A DNA stretch of 64,000 nt, from contig OZ361260.1 in assembly GCA_977018835.1 (NCBI GenBank), positions 496,001 to 560,000 on the forward strand, read 5' to 3'. This document shows positions 36,254 through 50,142 of the stretch, one piece after another; positions within the stretch are counted from its first letter, which is position 1, and each line of letters begins with the position of its first letter. The DNA comes from Minutocellus sp. GHC0000111. Lineage: Eukaryota. A program made the translations under genes and the position numbers. A model generated the notes under the pieces. The model searched no databases. It was not told where the DNA came from and saw only the letters and a list, made by a program, of their open reading frames with translations.

Positions 36254-39200
36254 TCAAAATCGGCTATGGCGCAAGTCACTATCATACTTCCTCCTCGAAG
36301 AATCATCTGACAATGTGTCGTAGGCCTGCTGGACGGGAAGGAAGTCTTCGTCACTACCGCCCTTGTCGGGGTGGTACTTAAGGGCCATCTTACGATATGC
36401 CTTCTTGATCTGTGCAACGGTGGCATTTCTGCTGATGCCGAGCACTTCGTAGTGCGTCCTTCCCTTCGGGTTGCCCTCAGTTGGCGCGCTAGCTTCGCTC
36501 TGCTGCTGGCGATAGGACTGGCTCCTCTGTTGTTGCTGCTGATACTGCGCCCGAGGAGGGCTCCTGTGGTGCGAATAGCTCCTTCCAGTATTGCCTCCCG
36601 GCTTCTTGGGACTGGATCCATTGAATGAGTCCCAACGCCGAGATCCGTCATTTCCGGCAGACTCGTACCATTGTTGCTTCCGTCTGTGAGCATCGGATGC
36701 TGCGCCGGAAGCACCACCACCGACACCGCCACTACGGAGATTGTCGTCGTACCATTTCTGTCTTTGGGCCCGGGCCCTCGCATTTGCTTCGGCCTCGGCC
36801 TCGGCCTGAGAATTCTTGGCCTTCATAGCTTCATTAAGCTCAACCCGTGCCTTTTCGATATCATCGGGTGTGGTGTCACTCGGCTTATCGAAGTAGCAGG
36901 CAGCAGCGTATTCGGCGGCTGCGCTCTGAGGATTCCGCGCTGCGGCCTCCGCTAGAGATATCCAATGTTGATACTCACTCACAGCTTCCTCATGGCGCTG
37001 CAGACGGCTATGGCAGCGGGCGCGGCGAAGCATCGCCTTCATATATAGTGTGTGAATGTGCAGGGCAGCAGTACACTCCTTGGCTGCCTCGCGGTATTGC
37101 TTCGTTGCCATGAAGCATGCCGCACGGTTGCAGTGCAAGACGGCATGAAGACGACCACCTGCGTTGGAGCCATCTGCGGTGGCAATGTCTTCGCCCTCGG
37201 CATCGACAAGAAGGCAGGCGGCGTACTTGGCAGCGGCCTCCTCGTACTGGCCCTTGCGAAAGAGAGCATCACCAGTATCCTTGGTAGTGCAGGTACGGAT
37301 TCGCTTCTTCTGCTCTCTCTCCAACCATGTGATGGGACAACCAGCAAGGTTGCCCTCTCGAGCGCTGGCCAACAAAACCGACGCGGCTCTCTGAGCCTCG
37401 GCATATCTCTCTTCCAATCTCAGAGCTCGCAAGTATATTGGAAGCATGGACATGGGCATTCTTCGGACTGCTTCTCCTACCGCTTCTTCTGAAAGGAGCT
37501 TGGGCGCGTTCGTTGCCGCATCCAATACGGACAAATCGAAGTGGTCGCCCTTTAGGGTCTGAGCCAGAGGAGCGGATGGGTACGGATTGAGGCTGGCAAG
37601 GTCGTCGACAAAAACGCCATCGAATTTGACGCAATCTGAAGCAAATCTCTCGCAGTGCAGCGCGAGATCGGCCCATCGCTTCATGTAAGCGAAGAGCTGT
37701 ACAGTGTGCGAGTGCAGCTCAACATCTCCCGGCGCCAATTCAAGAGCAGTCTTGACGTGCGCAAGGATCTGAGCACCGTACCTCTGAGCAGCAACGTTGG
37801 GAGGCAGGCCGGAGCAGTACTTGTTGATCTCGTTCTTTTCCTCACGCAGACGTCTCGCATCGGTTTTATTGAGGGTTGCATCAGCGATGCTCTGATCCAG
37901 AAGATTGACAGCCTTCGGATCAACGTTGTCTCTGCCGTATCTGACAAAAGTTTCATCGGCAATGCGGATGGTGGTGTCGAAGGCCTCCTCGGCAGCATCG
38001 ACTTTACCTGCCTTGAGTAGTGCGCGTCCCATTCGACCCAGCAGCCGAGAACGGAGAGCGGGTCCAGAGTCTGCCTTGAGATCCCAGACAGCAGCATCAG
38101 GAATCTGTTCGAGGCCCTTACGGCAATCCGAAGCAGCAGCATCATAGGCACCAACCATCAACAAGGCGGCTGCGCGATTTCCAAGGATCTGGGCGAGCAA
38201 CAAATCGTTTTGGCCAAGTCTCGGGGTCACGGTAAAATTGCAGGTCCTAATCCTAAGAGCGGATGAGTACCGGACTACACTCTCCTGGTACCGCCGTTCA
38301 AGATAAAGCTCTCGACCCTCATCGCGGAGGGCGGCAATGTGAGCGACCTGGCCTTCGCTGGGCGCACTAGTGGGTACCGAAGGTGGCTTCGGAGCTGCTT
38401 CCGCAGGAGCGGGTGCAGGAGCAGGTGCAGACGCAAATGGATCAAGAAAGGGCATCGGGCCCGACGTGCTGTCAAAGCTAGCATCGACAGTAGTATTGAC
38501 ACCTCCACGAAACATGGACGAAGCCAAGGGCTTGGCTTCTGACTTCGTTCCAAATCCAGGCAACTTGTTCTTGCTTTTTCGGCCTCCCCGGGCGCGTGGG
38601 CTCTTCCGTGGTGAGGCTCCGATGGAAAAGTCCTGCTTCAAAGATGGGTCGACATTGGCAGCAGCGGCGGCGGCAGCTGCAGCCAAGGCTTCATCTGACG
38701 AGCTGGGGCGGCTGGTAGGCGAGGTGCCGGCCATTTCCACGTCCTTCTCCGCCGATGTCTGCGGGGCGACCATACTGGCTCGCTGACCCTTCGACTTGCC
38801 TTGCTTACGAGCACCACCATCCTTGCCCTTTGACAGATCCACACTGAATTGAAACGAATTTTGACCAATGCCTCCAATACCCTCACCTACGGTAGTACCC
38901 ACGCCAACAGCAGCTGCGGATCCCGCCTCCACGTTGGCCGCTGGCGCAACCTTTCTTCTCATCTTGCCCTGCTTCGCATTGGTATGAGGGGGCTTTTTCA
39001 AGGGTTTGATATTGGATCCGTTTTCCTGTGGTTGCTGCTCCTCGGGTGTTGCTGGCGGTGGCGGATCGAACGCAAAGACCGATGGCGCACTGAATGCATT
39101 GACCTTCTCGGCGGGGCTGTGGAAGAAGCTCATCTCGGGCAATCCCTGCTCATCCAGGCCGCTATCTAGATCGAAGCTGTCGTCGCTGTTGGGGGTTGGA

Positions 39201-41056
39201 AACGCCGCATCGGGAAAACCATGCTCGTCCGTATTGGACGCCGGAGTAGCCGCCGCCGCTGCTGCTGCTGCTGCTGACGCGTCCTTGACACTTTGCCCTT
39301 TCGTCGCCTTGGCCTTGGCAAAGGCTTCCTTCGCCCTCGCTTCAGCTGCAGCCGGACCTGTCAGATTGGCGGCTGAAGTGGTAGATACTCCCTCGTCCGT
39401 TTCAACGGCGTCTATATCGGCACCTTCGCCCTCGGTCTCTGTGTTTCCGCGGGCTGCTTTGGCGGCTGCGGCGGCAGCAGCTGGGTCGGGAGAGGAGAAT
39501 CCCTCCCACATGCCTTTGAGGTTGCTAAACTTAGACGCAGTTCCTGGTGTTGCGCTGGCGTCATTCGCCACCGTCGCCGCTGGAGTCGATTGCATGGCCG
39601 ACACCTTGGTGGTAGGAGTAGCGTTGGGAGTACTCCTGCTCGCGGCAGTAGCTGCTGCAGGGACGCCAAATGGCTTGGGCTTCGATACTGGAGTAGCAGT
39701 GGTAGTGGTGGTGGAAGATGAGGCAGTTCCATCGTTCTTCTTCTTGCTGTTGCCATCCAGACCCAATCTTTGAACACGGCTGGCAACGATGCCTTCGGGA
39801 GATCGGGCATTGTTTCTGTTGCTGTCCCCAGCAGCTACATCGGCGTTATCGTCCTCCTCGTCGTCATCAATCTTCATCCTGCCCAGGAACTGAGCCTCCT
39901 TGTTGACCTTGGCGGAGGAGCTGCTGCTAGTTGTGGCTGCGGCGGTGGTGGTATCGGCAGTCTCAAATGCCAAACGAGCAGTTCGGAAGGTCAGTTCCTC
40001 AGCCGCGGCGGCAGCGGATGTTGCTGCAGCTCCGGTATCCTCGGCACCGTCCACGTCGACCCAGGAGCTGTCCGAGTCTGCACCAGCGTCTGCCTTGTGC
40101 TGGTACTGCTGGGACTGCTGCTTCTCCTTCCTCGCCGAAGCGGCGGCGTGAGCGGCAGCCCTGGCGGGACTCATTTCGGCCCTCTTGGATTGATGTGCCT
40201 CATCGTCCTCGATTGTGGTGGAGAACGGAGCCGGTCGCTTCCGGATCTGACATCGCATGATGGCCTCGGCCATCTCCCGGATGCATTCGTCGTCGAGCTC
40301 TCCGTCGAGGTTGAGAGCCCTTGGCAAATCGTTGATGAGATTGTCCATGAGTTTAGGACCGTTGGGCAGTGCGTACGGGTCGGTAGTCACGGTAGAATTA
40401 GTGTTGCTACCAGCCGCGGTAGATGTAGCGACACTGGACGGTCCAAAGCGTGTGATGCCAGTACCAGTACCAGTAACTGGCGAAGAGGAAGAGCCATTCT
40501 CCTTGTCGGATGCCGATGAGCCGAGGGAGGAGTCGGGGCTGGGACGGGGAATCTCCAACGTTGCGGTGGTGGAGGTAGATATGGTCAAACTTTGCAGGAG
40601 CTGGCGCATGTTGTACGGAGATGTGGTGGACGTTGCAACAGTACGAGATTGAGTGGCCGAATATCCGGCAACGGTGGCGGGAGGGGGAGGTGCAGTGGGA
40701 GTGCCACCCGATGGCAGGCCAAAGGGCCGACTGGCAGAGGCCGAATTGTTAAAGGTATTTCCCGTAGTGGCAGCGCCGGGAGACGACCTTGACGAGGGGC
40801 TGGCCAACTGCTGCTGCCGTGCCGAACGAGGACTGGCGGCGGTATGGCCGATCCGTCCCTGCCATTTTTCTCGCCGGTCGCGCCGGCTGCGGTTGGGACT
40901 GGCCTTGGCCTTGCCCTTACCGGATGAGCCGGCGCTGGTACTGATGCCGGCGGAAAACCCAGCGCCGCCGGCATTGAATCGAGGCGGCGTGGTGAGGGTG
41001 GCACCGCCCAGAGGCGACGGGGCGGGTGCACCGGACCGAAAGTTGGGCGATTCCAT
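36254..41056 (-). CDS. TPR-repeat J-domain co-chaperone (DNAJC7-like) with a long disordered N-terminus, 1600 aa
   Basis: TPR motifs ([24 protein letters not shown]) and C-terminal J-domain HYEVLGI...[16 protein letters not shown]. Confidence 0.93.
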   Translation of the reverse strand: MESPNFRSGAPAPSPLGGATLTTPPRFNAGGAGFSAGISTSAGSSGKGKAKASPNRSRRDRREKWQGRIGHTAASPRSARQQQLASPSSRSSPGAATTGNTFNNSASASRPFGLPSGGTPTAPPPPATVAGYSATQSRTVATSTTSPYNMRQLLQSLTISTSTTATLEIPRPSPDSSLGSSASDKENGSSSSPVTGTGTGITRFGPSSVATSTAAGSNTNSTVTTDPYALPNGPKLMDNLINDLPRALNLDGELDDECIREMAEAIMRCQIRKRPAPFSTTIEDDEAHQSKRAEMSPARAAAHAAASARKEKQQSQQYQHKADAGADSDSSWVDVDGAEDTGAAATSAAAAAEELTFRTARLAFETADTTTAAATTSSSSSAKVNKEAQFLGRMKIDDDEEDDNADVAAGDSNRNNARSPEGIVASRVQRLGLDGNSKKKNDGTASSSTTTTTATPVSKPKPFGVPAAATAASRSTPNATPTTKVSAMQSTPAATVANDASATPGTASKFSNLKGMWEGFSSPDPAAAAAAAKAARGNTETEGEGADIDAVETDEGVSTTSAANLTGPAAAEARAKEAFAKAKATKGQSVKDASAAAAAAAAATPASNTDEHGFPDAAFPTPNSDDSFDLDSGLDEQGLPEMSFFHSPAEKVNAFSAPSVFAFDPPPPATPEEQQPQENGSNIKPLKKPPHTNAKQGKMRRKVAPAANVEAGSAAAVGVGTTVGEGIGGIGQNSFQFSVDLSKGKDGGARKQGKSKGQRASMVAPQTSAEKDVEMAGTSPTSRPSSSDEALAAAAAAAAANVDPSLKQDFSIGASPRKSPRARGGRKSKNKLPGFGTKSEAKPLASSMFRGGVNTTVDASFDSTSGPMPFLDPFASAPAPAPAPAEAAPKPPSVPTSAPSEGQVAHIAALRDEGRELYLERRYQESVVRYSSALRIRTCNFTVTPRLGQNDLLLAQILGNRAAALLMVGAYDAAASDCRKGLEQIPDAAVWDLKADSGPALRSRLLGRMGRALLKAGKVDAAEEAFDTTIRIADETFVRYGRDNVDPKAVNLLDQSIADATLNKTDARRLREEKNEINKYCSGLPPNVAAQRYGAQILAHVKTALELAPGDVELHSHTVQLFAYMKRWADLALHCERFASDCVKFDGVFVDDLASLNPYPSAPLAQTLKGDHFDLSVLDAATNAPKLLSEEAVGEAVRRMPMSMLPIYLRALRLEERYAEAQRAASVLLASAREGNLAGCPITWLEREQKKRIRTCTTKDTGDALFRKGQYEEAAAKYAACLLVDAEGEDIATADGSNAGGRLHAVLHCNRAACFMATKQYREAAKECTAALHIHTLYMKAMLRRARCHSRLQRHEEAVSEYQHWISLAEAAARNPQSAAAEYAAACYFDKPSDTTPDDIEKARVELNEAMKAKNSQAEAEAEANARARAQRQKWYDDNLRSGGVGGGASGAASDAHRRKQQWYESAGNDGSRRWDSFNGSSPKKPGGNTGRSYSHHRSPPRAQYQQQQQRSQSYRQQQSEASAPTEGNPKGRTHYEVLGISRNATVAQIKKAYRKMALKYHPDKGGSDEDFLPVQQAYDTLSDDSSRRKYDSDLRHSRF

Positions 41057-41804
41057 CGTTGACGATTCGATTTATTTGTGTATTTGAACGGACCGCTCGT
41101 GCCAATCAAAGCAAGGGCAGCACTTTCGAAGTGGCACCTCCCAATCGATGCAAACTTTAGAGCCTCCCTTTCTGATAGCAGTGCAAACGATTCGATTCAA
41201 TTCAATCGAATCAAATTGCTCTGGCTGCCACGAGTATCTGATCTGTCCAATAACAACGTCGAGCGAGAGGCCAATTCAAAATCTCCCTCCAGCAGGACCG
41301 GTATCCGGAAAGCAGCACGTCTCGTGCTGGTTTGCGCTGTCCTTTGCGATTTCAGCCACCGACGGGGACTCAGAGCGACACCTCCGAAGGATACTATCTA
41401 CTGCTCTGTGTGTTTTGGCGATCACTGCTGCTGATGGTATCTGAAAGCGGCGGAGCGGTCGAGGCAAGTCAAACATGCATGTGCCTCCCCACTCTGCCGA
41501 AAAATGAACGAACAGCCAAACCAAACCGTCAAAAATGAGCGTGGGGGGTCCCCAAAATGGAGGAACCCCTATTTCTACAAACAACATCCTCGAAAGCAAA
41601 AGGTGGTGTGGTGGTGGTGTCGCGCTAAGTATAGCTTAAATCTATCTATCATAATGAAAAGTTAGAACCAAATCCAATTGGATAGGTAGCTGCATTTGCA
41701 TCAGTAAGAACGAATATTAATAACATAAAAAAAACAAGATCGCAATTGTAAACTTTGTAGGGTAAGATTGAGTGAGGGTGAGGTGGGGATCAGCATTTGT
41801 AGAT

Positions 41805-42314
41805 CTACTCGAGGTCACGGTCTCTCCAAGCGTTGGGATTGTTGGCCGGTACGAAGCCTTCGAAGGTAGCTGCCAGATTAAGTCTGGCTGATTGGCTCCT
41901 GGTAGTTCTTCGCGGTGCGGGTACTTCTGTGTCGTCTTCGACCGTTGCTATTACTGATGCTACTGTAGCATTAGTAAGAGCATTGATCATGGGGGACATG
42001 GTAGCACGCTCGGTACTCTGAGTCGAACGGGGAGACAATTCGTTGACGGCTACTTCTATGTCATCGGCAGTAAACGGCTCTGTGATGACGGTGGTATCGT
42101 TGGTAGTAATGAGGGAACATTGGGCATATGTTGGACCATGGCGGAATTCACAACTGTTGCAGAAGGGAGGTCGGCTGAGAGGGGAGAGGCACGGCGGGCC
42201 GAGGCAATCTACGCATCGACAGTTCCCGCAGATTGCAGGGCCCTGATCGTTGCTCGGTGTCGAAAGCAAAAGGCCAACTGCATGCACAACCATGCCAACC
42301 ATCCATCCAAGCAA
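41805..42314 (-). other. Cys-rich ORF of unknown nature, possibly a repeat or TE fragment
   Basis: CGNCRCVDC..C..CNSC..H..C cluster; no clear start or family. Confidence 0.25.
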
Positions 42315-42401
42315 AGTTAACTCATGCTTCTACCGTAACTGATCTGTGCTTTTTCGCATCAACATTACTAAATCTATTATGATGATAACTTACTTTTGGC
42401 T

Positions 42402-43292
42402 TTATCCATTCATTTCGTCTCCCCCCACCCGTATCCTAAGTGGTATCGGATCGACAAAATTGCTCACAATTGGCGGTCGCTTCGGCTTGGTGTTCACCAA
42501 AGGGCGACTCAACAATGCATCAACCTTGGCCATATCGTCGTCAAAGACCTTGGCGAAGACCGTGTGCCCATGCTCCCACTCTGGATGCTGGGCCAGCGCA
42601 ATGAAGAAGTGAGGGCCGCCCTTCCCTCCCGCCCAAGCCACCATGCCCCTTTCGATTATCGGATTGTGAGATTCGGCTGGCGGTGGTGCAGGAGTAGAAC
42701 TACCATCTTCATCCGCCAAGATTGCACCCTGCACCAATGCATAAGGTGGACCCCACCGCCCGCCATCAAAGTAGCGATCTGGATATTCCTCGGATCCCCA
42801 GTAAGATGGAACAGGCTCGCCCCTGTACAATGTGCACTTGTTACATTGCTGTTTGGCATTGGACGCCAGATGCTTAACATATCGTGCCGCCTCGGGTGCT
42901 TCCTCTTCATACAATCTCATTCGAATGTCCACAACACTAGTAGGTTTGATTCTATCGTTGGCGTTGTTTTCTTCTCTGTCCTTGTCGTCGAGTTCGAGAG
43001 AAAGAATCACCACGTCGTCGCCGTCATTGGTCCTTTTGTTGGACGTTGCACTTGTGCCTGTGTTTACGCTGCCGTCGTTTACGCCCCCTCTTATCACGCG
43101 CCCACTGTTGCCAGCATTCGACTCATTCTCCGTTGCAATATTATTATTGGTGTTGGGGACACCTGCCTGCAAGAGCAGAAACACGATACATGCAACGACA
43201 AAAAATATTGTCGTTACTCTGCGAGCAAGCGCCAGGGGCGATGTGGTGCTTTGCCGACGACCACTACTGATGCCGCTGCGTATCTTGGTCAT
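42402..43292 (-). CDS. Membrane-anchored cyclophilin-like domain protein
   Basis: N-terminal TM segment (IFFVVACIVFLLL); ALVQG, RGMVAW and GPHFFIAL..HPEW..GHTVFAKV cyclophilin-fold motifs. Confidence 0.8.
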   Translation of the reverse strand: MTKIRSGISSGRRQSTTSPLALARRVTTIFFVVACIVFLLLQAGVPNTNNNIATENESNAGNSGRVIRGGVNDGSVNTGTSATSNKRTNDGDDVVILSLELDDKDREENNANDRIKPTSVVDIRMRLYEEEAPEAARYVKHLASNAKQQCNKCTLYRGEPVPSYWGSEEYPDRYFDGGRWGPPYALVQGAILADEDGSSTPAPPPAESHNPIIERGMVAWAGGKGGPHFFIALAQHPEWEHGHTVFAKVFDDDMAKVDALLSRPLVNTKPKRPPIVSNFVDPIPLRIRVGGDEMNG

Positions 43293-43806
43293 GAGACCAG
43301 TAAAATGATGAAGGTGAGGTAGCCCAGGGCGCTCATGCAGCAAACAATATGCATGGACTGGACCCAGTTCCCTCGTCCATGTTGCCGTTTTGCAGTTTGT
43401 GCTGTCTCTGCTCCAGCCCGTGAAAAGTCGTTGCCGCGTGCCGATCGCCGGACGACCGACAGAGCGTTTTGGCGCATCAATTCGACCGTTGAGCTTGATA
43501 CGCCCAGATAGGCCTACGCACCACCAGTCAGTGCGGCCTCACTTCTCTCTGCGGCAGCCAAGGCGATGCCTTCCACGGGCCAGTCGGCGTGGCATCGACC
43601 TCTGGCGCTGCAGTATTTTCTTTCCGTTTGATATCGAAAGACTCATAATTATTTGAGGCATCTCTTAAAAGAAGACGGCGCACCCGAGAACAAAAGTAGG
43701 CGGGTCATTTATCCGCGTCTGTGTCGTCGTCTACGAGAGGCCAGAGCTCGCCCAGTCGAATTGTTCTTTGGCATTTAGGAATTCCTATTTGGAGATACTT
43801 CGAGCC

Positions 43807-46800
43807 ATGTATTCCTCACGGTATGAAGTCCTCGCAATCTTGGGCATCTGCGCGTTTTCTCTATCGTTCCACGTCGTTGGTGCTCAGGAGGATGTTGGTC
43901 TGCATCACTGTCCAGAGGAATTGCAAAAGCCACTTTCAGTGCTTTCTTTCGATGAACAGCAAGAGACGTCAGTTCTTCGCCTTGCCATCCCTCTAAATGG
44001 ACTGTGCACACTGATCAAGATCACCACCGAGGATGATACTGGCCATCAGCATCTCATGCCAGCGGGTCGAGCGTATGATGGACTTCCGTGGGAAGCAGTC
44101 CAGCCTCTTCGACTGCCCTTCAAATGTGTAGATGCGCACTGTATCGTTACAATACCAGCATTCGATCGCAGCGAGGAATATTATTTGGTCTCTTATCGGC
44201 ACTCCTTATCACATGAGCAAGAAATGTCGCGCCTGCTGCAGCAAACGAGTTTTGGTCCCACGTTCAAAGAAATTCAATCTATGGTGGCGAGCAACACATC
44301 GGCTTCACAATACGTTCAACAGCAGATGGAGGAACCAGCTACTCTACATCGATCCTATTATCGGCGGAATACGCAGGCTCGTCTCTATGAGAGCTACTCC
44401 GTTGGCAATCCTCGGCATCCGTGCGAAAAGTACTCTCGATGGAGACGCTTTGCTTTTACGGTGGAGGATCGATACAAGAGACTCACGGTGTCATCTGAGG
44501 GACCGCCATATCTTCTGAGTGTGGATGGTTTTGTCAGGACCGAGGTGATGGAGCTCAATAACTTTGCACGTGCTAGCGAAGGCGTCTTAATTCCTGCTGG
44601 ATACGATGGAATGATATGTGGGAAAGGCGCGAGTGATGATGCAGTGGGTGGCGAGAGCGTGCGCATCACCGATGACAAGCTGCGGTGCAGGGCTAGCGGG
44701 ATACCCAACCCTCCAATCCAGCTGAGAGAGTCGACGATTTTGGCACACAACATTTCACTTCTCGTGCTGGAAGACGACAAGCTGAAAGCAGTGAACAATG
44801 AGAGGGCAGGACGCGACGAGCTCATTAGCCTCGTCGATCTTGATGATCCGCTATGTGATGAAGTTCCCTCTGAAGGTTCAGTGAAGCCCTTCTTTGCTCG
44901 TTTGCACGATGGAAGCCTTTACATGCATGATCCTTTCCTCATGTTGAAGGACAACACTCCAGAAAATCCTATTTTAGAGGGCGGCCAGTGGGGCAGTGTG
45001 CCAGGAGTACTTTGTCCGTCGGCTCCGCGAAACCTCATGTTTGAAGATGATTGTGTCCTCTCGAATTCAGAGGATTACTGCTCGGCAAGTGGAGATTCTG
45101 GACCTGGCAGCGTTGTTTGCCCTTCGCCTGGTGAAGTGGCTAATGATCCGGAGGGCGACAATCTTTTTGACATGACGCATAATCGTGAAGCCGATGGAAC
45201 TGGTGTGCGGACAGACTTTGAGTGGCAGCGATTTTCCCTCTGGATGATGGTTGGACTGTCTGCTAATGACCAACTTCGTCAACGAGTTGCGTGGGCACTG
45301 TATAATATCATTCCATTGGAGGCCAACCTTATCGACGCCGACACAGAATCGCACACTGCATTTTTCGATTTATTTGTTCGGCATGCGTTTGGTAACTTCA
45401 GAGATTTGCTCCGATCTATCGCGTACTCTCCATGGATGGCAGAAATGCTATCATTCGAAAATAACAAATCAACAGATTATGTGTACCGAACGGAAGGTGT
45501 GTGGACGTGGCCCGACGAAAATATGGCCAGAGAGATGACACAGTTGTTTACAATCGGAATGTATGCTCTCAACATAGACGGAAGTCGCGTCCTTGATGAA
45601 AAAGGACAAGCTATTAAGACATACGCGGAGCACAATGTGCAAGAATTCTCGCGTGCGTGGACTGGCTTTTCCTTCAGCTTTCCTCGAGGAAATATCGAAG
45701 CAATAGGACGAAATTTTATCGATCCTTTGCGCCTAAAGCACTATCGGGACGTTTTTCCAAAGGCAAATCTTTACGGGGGGTATCTGGGGGATGGATATCC
45801 GTTGTGCTATAAGGCTCCGCCGCGATCCTTTTTAAGAAAGGGGGCAACCTATCGTTTACTCGGCAATAGTTTAAGTGATAATTCGTATGCCTATGACAAG
45901 AGATGGTGAGTTATGTGGATTTTTACAGATCGAGTTGGTGATGGGAATTAGTTTGCCGGTACATACTCACCGCTTTTGTTTCTTCACAAATTGATTTGTT
46001 CCCCCTTCTTTCTACGTCACATTCGACAGGCTCTATAACGGCGATGATCATCTTTACATAGACCCATCGGAAGAACTTTACACAACTATTTGCAACGCTA
46101 GCGCCAGCGAAGAGTGCAATCATCGCATGAAAGTGGTCCTTCCTCGTGACATTGACCTTTCCCTTCAATCCAACCTCACGAAGGTCGACACCGTCCGTTT
46201 CCTCAAGGTTGGCGGCATGTACTACGAATATCAAACTGCACCTTGTGTAGAATTGTCATTCTACAACGATGGCAAGAAGGTCTCCTTTGGTTCTCAGGCT
46301 TCCTACTCGCGATGTGCCAATCCGCACGCGGCAGCGGCTGGTGGTGCGTGCTGCAAGGATCATCCTGAAAAGATGCACAAGGCATTTCCGACGTGCGAGT
46401 ACACCGGAGAACGTATCACATTTGACCATCTCGTCGAACGATGCGATGACAAAGACCGGAATGTGCCATGTGACTTTGACAAGATCTCCCGGAATGGATG
46501 CGGATCGTGCTGCAATGTCCAGCACCTTTTGTGGACACCACAAGAATGTTCGATTCTAGCCAAGGTCGGCGATGGCGGTCAAGTTTCCATCGTCCACAGG
46601 CCCAACGAAGCCTTTGGCGTCGATGACAAGTATTCTCCTGATGCTAAAAACTTCTTTAGTGTCTCTTGGGAAGAGGGCGCACACCCTTCGCCTGAAAATG
46701 GATGCGGCAATGGCATCTGCAACATGACTGATGGCTTTTGTTTCTGCGAGACGAGGGAGACTTCCCAGCCTGTGTTGTCGAATTTCAACAATGTCGCACA

Positions 46801-49486
46801 AATGAGTCTCCGCGATCTTTGGTCCATTTTCCACCTTGGTAGCTTTTACCCCACTTCGTACGATGCCGGCACATTCATGGATCCGGAAGCTATCGCCACC
46901 AAAGATGGGCACGAGGTATTAATATGGAGATCTACCACAGGGATCATCGAGGATACCGTTTTAGCTCTTCCAGGTCTAGCAGGAACAAAGTACTGTCGCA
47001 ACAGAGAGTCTACCGTGCAGATAGTCGACGCCGCTGGTCACCCCAAGTACTCGTTCCGGAACCCACCAAGCTTTGGTGAAGACATTCGCGACGCCGCCGA
47101 AGAAACCGAGGCCCTTCTTGATCATCTCTTTTTCCATTCCAATACTGCCCCGTTCATCTCCCATCGCCTCATCCAAAGACTTGGTACATCAAACCCTTCG
47201 CCTGGATATATTGAACGAGTGGCGACTGCATTTACTACCGGACTAGCTACATTCGACGGCATACAATTTGGATCCAAGCAATACGGATGCCTCAAGGCGA
47301 CGGTCGCTGCAATCGTTTTGGACCGAGAGCTTCGATCTGAAGTCCTTGATGCTGATCCAAGTGCAGGGTCGTTGCGTGAACCTCTTGTGCGGCTGGTTCA
47401 TTTCATGAGATCGATGGAATTCAAGCCTGAGACATCGAATGCCGGCAAGCTTGTGCTCTTGGATCTCGAAGAGGAGATTGGAGAAATGGCGTATGGTCAT
47501 CCGAGCGTTTTTTCATTCTTCTTGCCTGAATACAAACCTCCTGGGCCGATTGCTTCCGCTGGCCTTGTATCACCCGAAGGCACGTTACTAACACAACCGT
47601 ACGTCGTCGGCCTCGTCAAAGGACTTGTTAGCCTTATCAAATATGGAATGGTTCAGTGCGAGGGTGGCTTTGGAATCGGACCCAAATCTTCTACTTGCTT
47701 GGAGCTTATAGAAGGAAACTACGAGGGATCCGAAGGCCACCTTTACTACACTCCTTCGGACAATAATCTTCAATCCATTGTGGGGGAACTTGACTTGCTC
47801 TTGACAGGCGGTCGACTCAGCGAAAATGATCGAAGAATAATTTCCGGTGCGCTGGCTTGGGAACAGAACATGGCGGGACGAAACGATTTGGCATATCTTG
47901 TCCGACTTGCGCAACAGCTCATCGTGACGACACCGGCGTTCCACACAAGCGCCCTCGTTGACCAAGGGCTGGAAATGGCATTTCACAATGCTGCATCAGG
48001 ATCTCTTGGGACCAATTCTACCGGTCTTCTTCGTACTTCTAGCAGTGGGACTGGCGCTAATTCTACCGGGCTTCTTCGTGCTACTAGTAGTGGTCATCTA
48101 CAGGGAGAAGAAAATTCCGGCGCGCGTAGGGTACAGAATCAGACCCCTCTCGACTCAAATCTTGACACGGGCAATCGAGGATACAAAGCAGTTATCTACC
48201 TCCTCCTCATTGGCGGAAATGATGGCTACAATATGCTCGTTCCATTTTCTGATTGCCAAGAAAAAGATCTCTATGATGAATACGTAAAAGTTCGAGGGAA
48301 ACTTGCCCTCAGCAAATACAATCTTCTTCCGATTGACGTCGGTGCCGGCCAGCCCTGTTCCACTTTTGGCATACACTCTTCCTTTCCTCTCCTGGCCAAA
48401 ATGTTCAACGAAACTGAGGCGGCGATCATCGCCAACTCAGGACTACTCTTCGAGCCATCAAGCGCTGGAAATTACAGTGCGATCCATCAATCCACCCGTC
48501 TCTTTGCTCATGACGCCCAGCGCCGAGACACAATGATGGCCAATCCTCGGGAAGATGCCTTCAGTACGGGCATGCTTGGTAGAGCTGTTGATGTACTGAC
48601 AGACTACGGCTATTCCACAAGTTCCGTCGCCCTTGATAACAACGCCGATGTCCTCAATCCAACTCCTTTTAAGTCCAATGGCGTTGAATTTATAAATGCA
48701 CGGAAGCCAACGAAATTCTACGAGAATCCGTCGTCGCAATCGCTAGAGAATCTCGTCCTTCAATTGAACACTGGTAAATCATCGTTGGGATCCGGTGTGT
48801 ACGGCCAGAGTTTTTCCGATATGCTGACAAAGGCGCAAAAGAGCACTGACTTCTTCTATGATATCTTGAGCCGCTACGAATCTGCTCCTGTTGAACGCAA
48901 GAATAACGATATCGAAGAAGAACCCGTGCCAAGTACCAGCCTGGGAGCAAAACTAGACGTCGTCAAGAAACTCATCTGGGCAAGAAATGAAAGGAAGGTG
49001 GAGCGGGACGTCTTCTTCGTGACTCTTGATGGTTTTGATATGCACAAGGAGCTATTGCCGAGACAGGAAGCAAAGTTGGATGAAATCAACTCGGCGCTCA
49101 AGGGATTCATCACGTCTATGAAGGCATCCGGTGTCTGGGAAAACATTGTTATCGCCAGCTCAAGCGACTTTGGTCGCACGCTCACAGCGAACAGCAATGC
49201 TGGCAGCGACCACTCATGGGCATCGCACCACTTTATCGCCGGCGGCTCAGTCAAGGGAGGGCAGGTCTTTGGCCATTACCCTCGAACTCTCGAGCCCGAT
49301 GGGGATATTATCCTCAATCGAGGGCGGGTTGTCCCTACAACGGCCAATGAAGCTTATTGGAATGGTATTCTCGAGTGGTTTGGGGTAAACGACTCGGAGC
49401 TTGATCACGTCCTTCCCAATAGAAAGCACACGACAAAATTATTTTCTGAAAGGGACATGTTTGATAATCAAAATGAGATGGAATGA
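43807..49486 (+). CDS. Secreted DUF1800-DUF1501 fusion protein; exons 43807-45905 and 46030-49486
   Basis: Signal-peptide-like start. DUF1800 motifs DQLRQRVAWAL, PDENMARE..QLFTIG, SNPSPGYI; DUF1501 motifs GGNDGYN, GFDMH, SDFGRTL..GSDH. GT-AG intron 45906-46029 is in frame. Confidence 0.88.
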
Positions 49487-49599
49487 TCTGTGTAGCTACG
49501 CAGCTGGCTACGATAAAACCATAAATACTCTAAATAATGAATAGAATCATTAAAGACAAGTCCACAATTGAAGTCCACGCAAATAACTCTCTTGCCTTT

Positions 49600-50142
49600 T
49601 TACGTCTTGACGGTAACAATGAAGAGTGGCAAGGTAAACTGGCGATCAGATTTGCAATTGAGTGTTGTGTCGGAGAGCTCCAGTCGGTAGCCTCCGTCAA
49701 CCAGCACCGCCAACACTAGAACGTCCACCACGTTGCAGTAGTAATTTTCTTTGTATTTGCTTCGGCCCACAGCATAGTGGAATGAGCTGGTGTAATAAGA
49801 GTCATCGCTCATACCGTTCCGGCAGATGCTGGCAACGGAGTGCCTGGCCGTGCCGTGGAACATAATCCCCATGGGCATCGTATATCTCTTGCGATAGTTG
49901 CCACGAAGGAAGCCATCCAAAAGCGCTGAATTTGTGTTGACATTTCGAATCCGAATAATTTTGTGCCCACAGGAGCAATGCTTTCCCTTACCGCAGTCAA
50001 CGAAGCAACCGTTTGGATTACGAAAATCTCCCTTCAAACTATCCAAAAAATCTTTCCTCAGATCACTCAGTCTCTCTTGCGTCGATGGCGATGCTTTCGC
50101 CCTACCACTGTCACTAGCAGATCGTCTTCCCATTCTGTTCAT
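49600..50142 (-). CDS. Small PARP-like ADP-ribosyltransferase-domain protein (start uncertain; 50211 possible)
   Basis: MFHGT..SVASICRNGM, YYTSSFHYA and VLVLAVL resemble the PARP H-Y signature strands. Confidence 0.55.
   Translation of the reverse strand: MNRMGRRSASDSGRAKASPSTQERLSDLRKDFLDSLKGDFRNPNGCFVDCGKGKHCSCGHKIIRIRNVNTNSALLDGFLRGNYRKRYTMPMGIMFHGTARHSVASICRNGMSDDSYYTSSFHYAVGRSKYKENYYCNVVDVLVLAVLVDGGYRLELSDTTLNCKSDRQFTLPLFIVTVKT

Noticed and set aside
36371..41109. Long antisense or alternate-frame ORFs over the DnaJ gene (similar ones over the ABC and transposase genes)
   Set aside because: Shadow ORFs of GC-rich, TA-poor coding sequence with no domain signatures.
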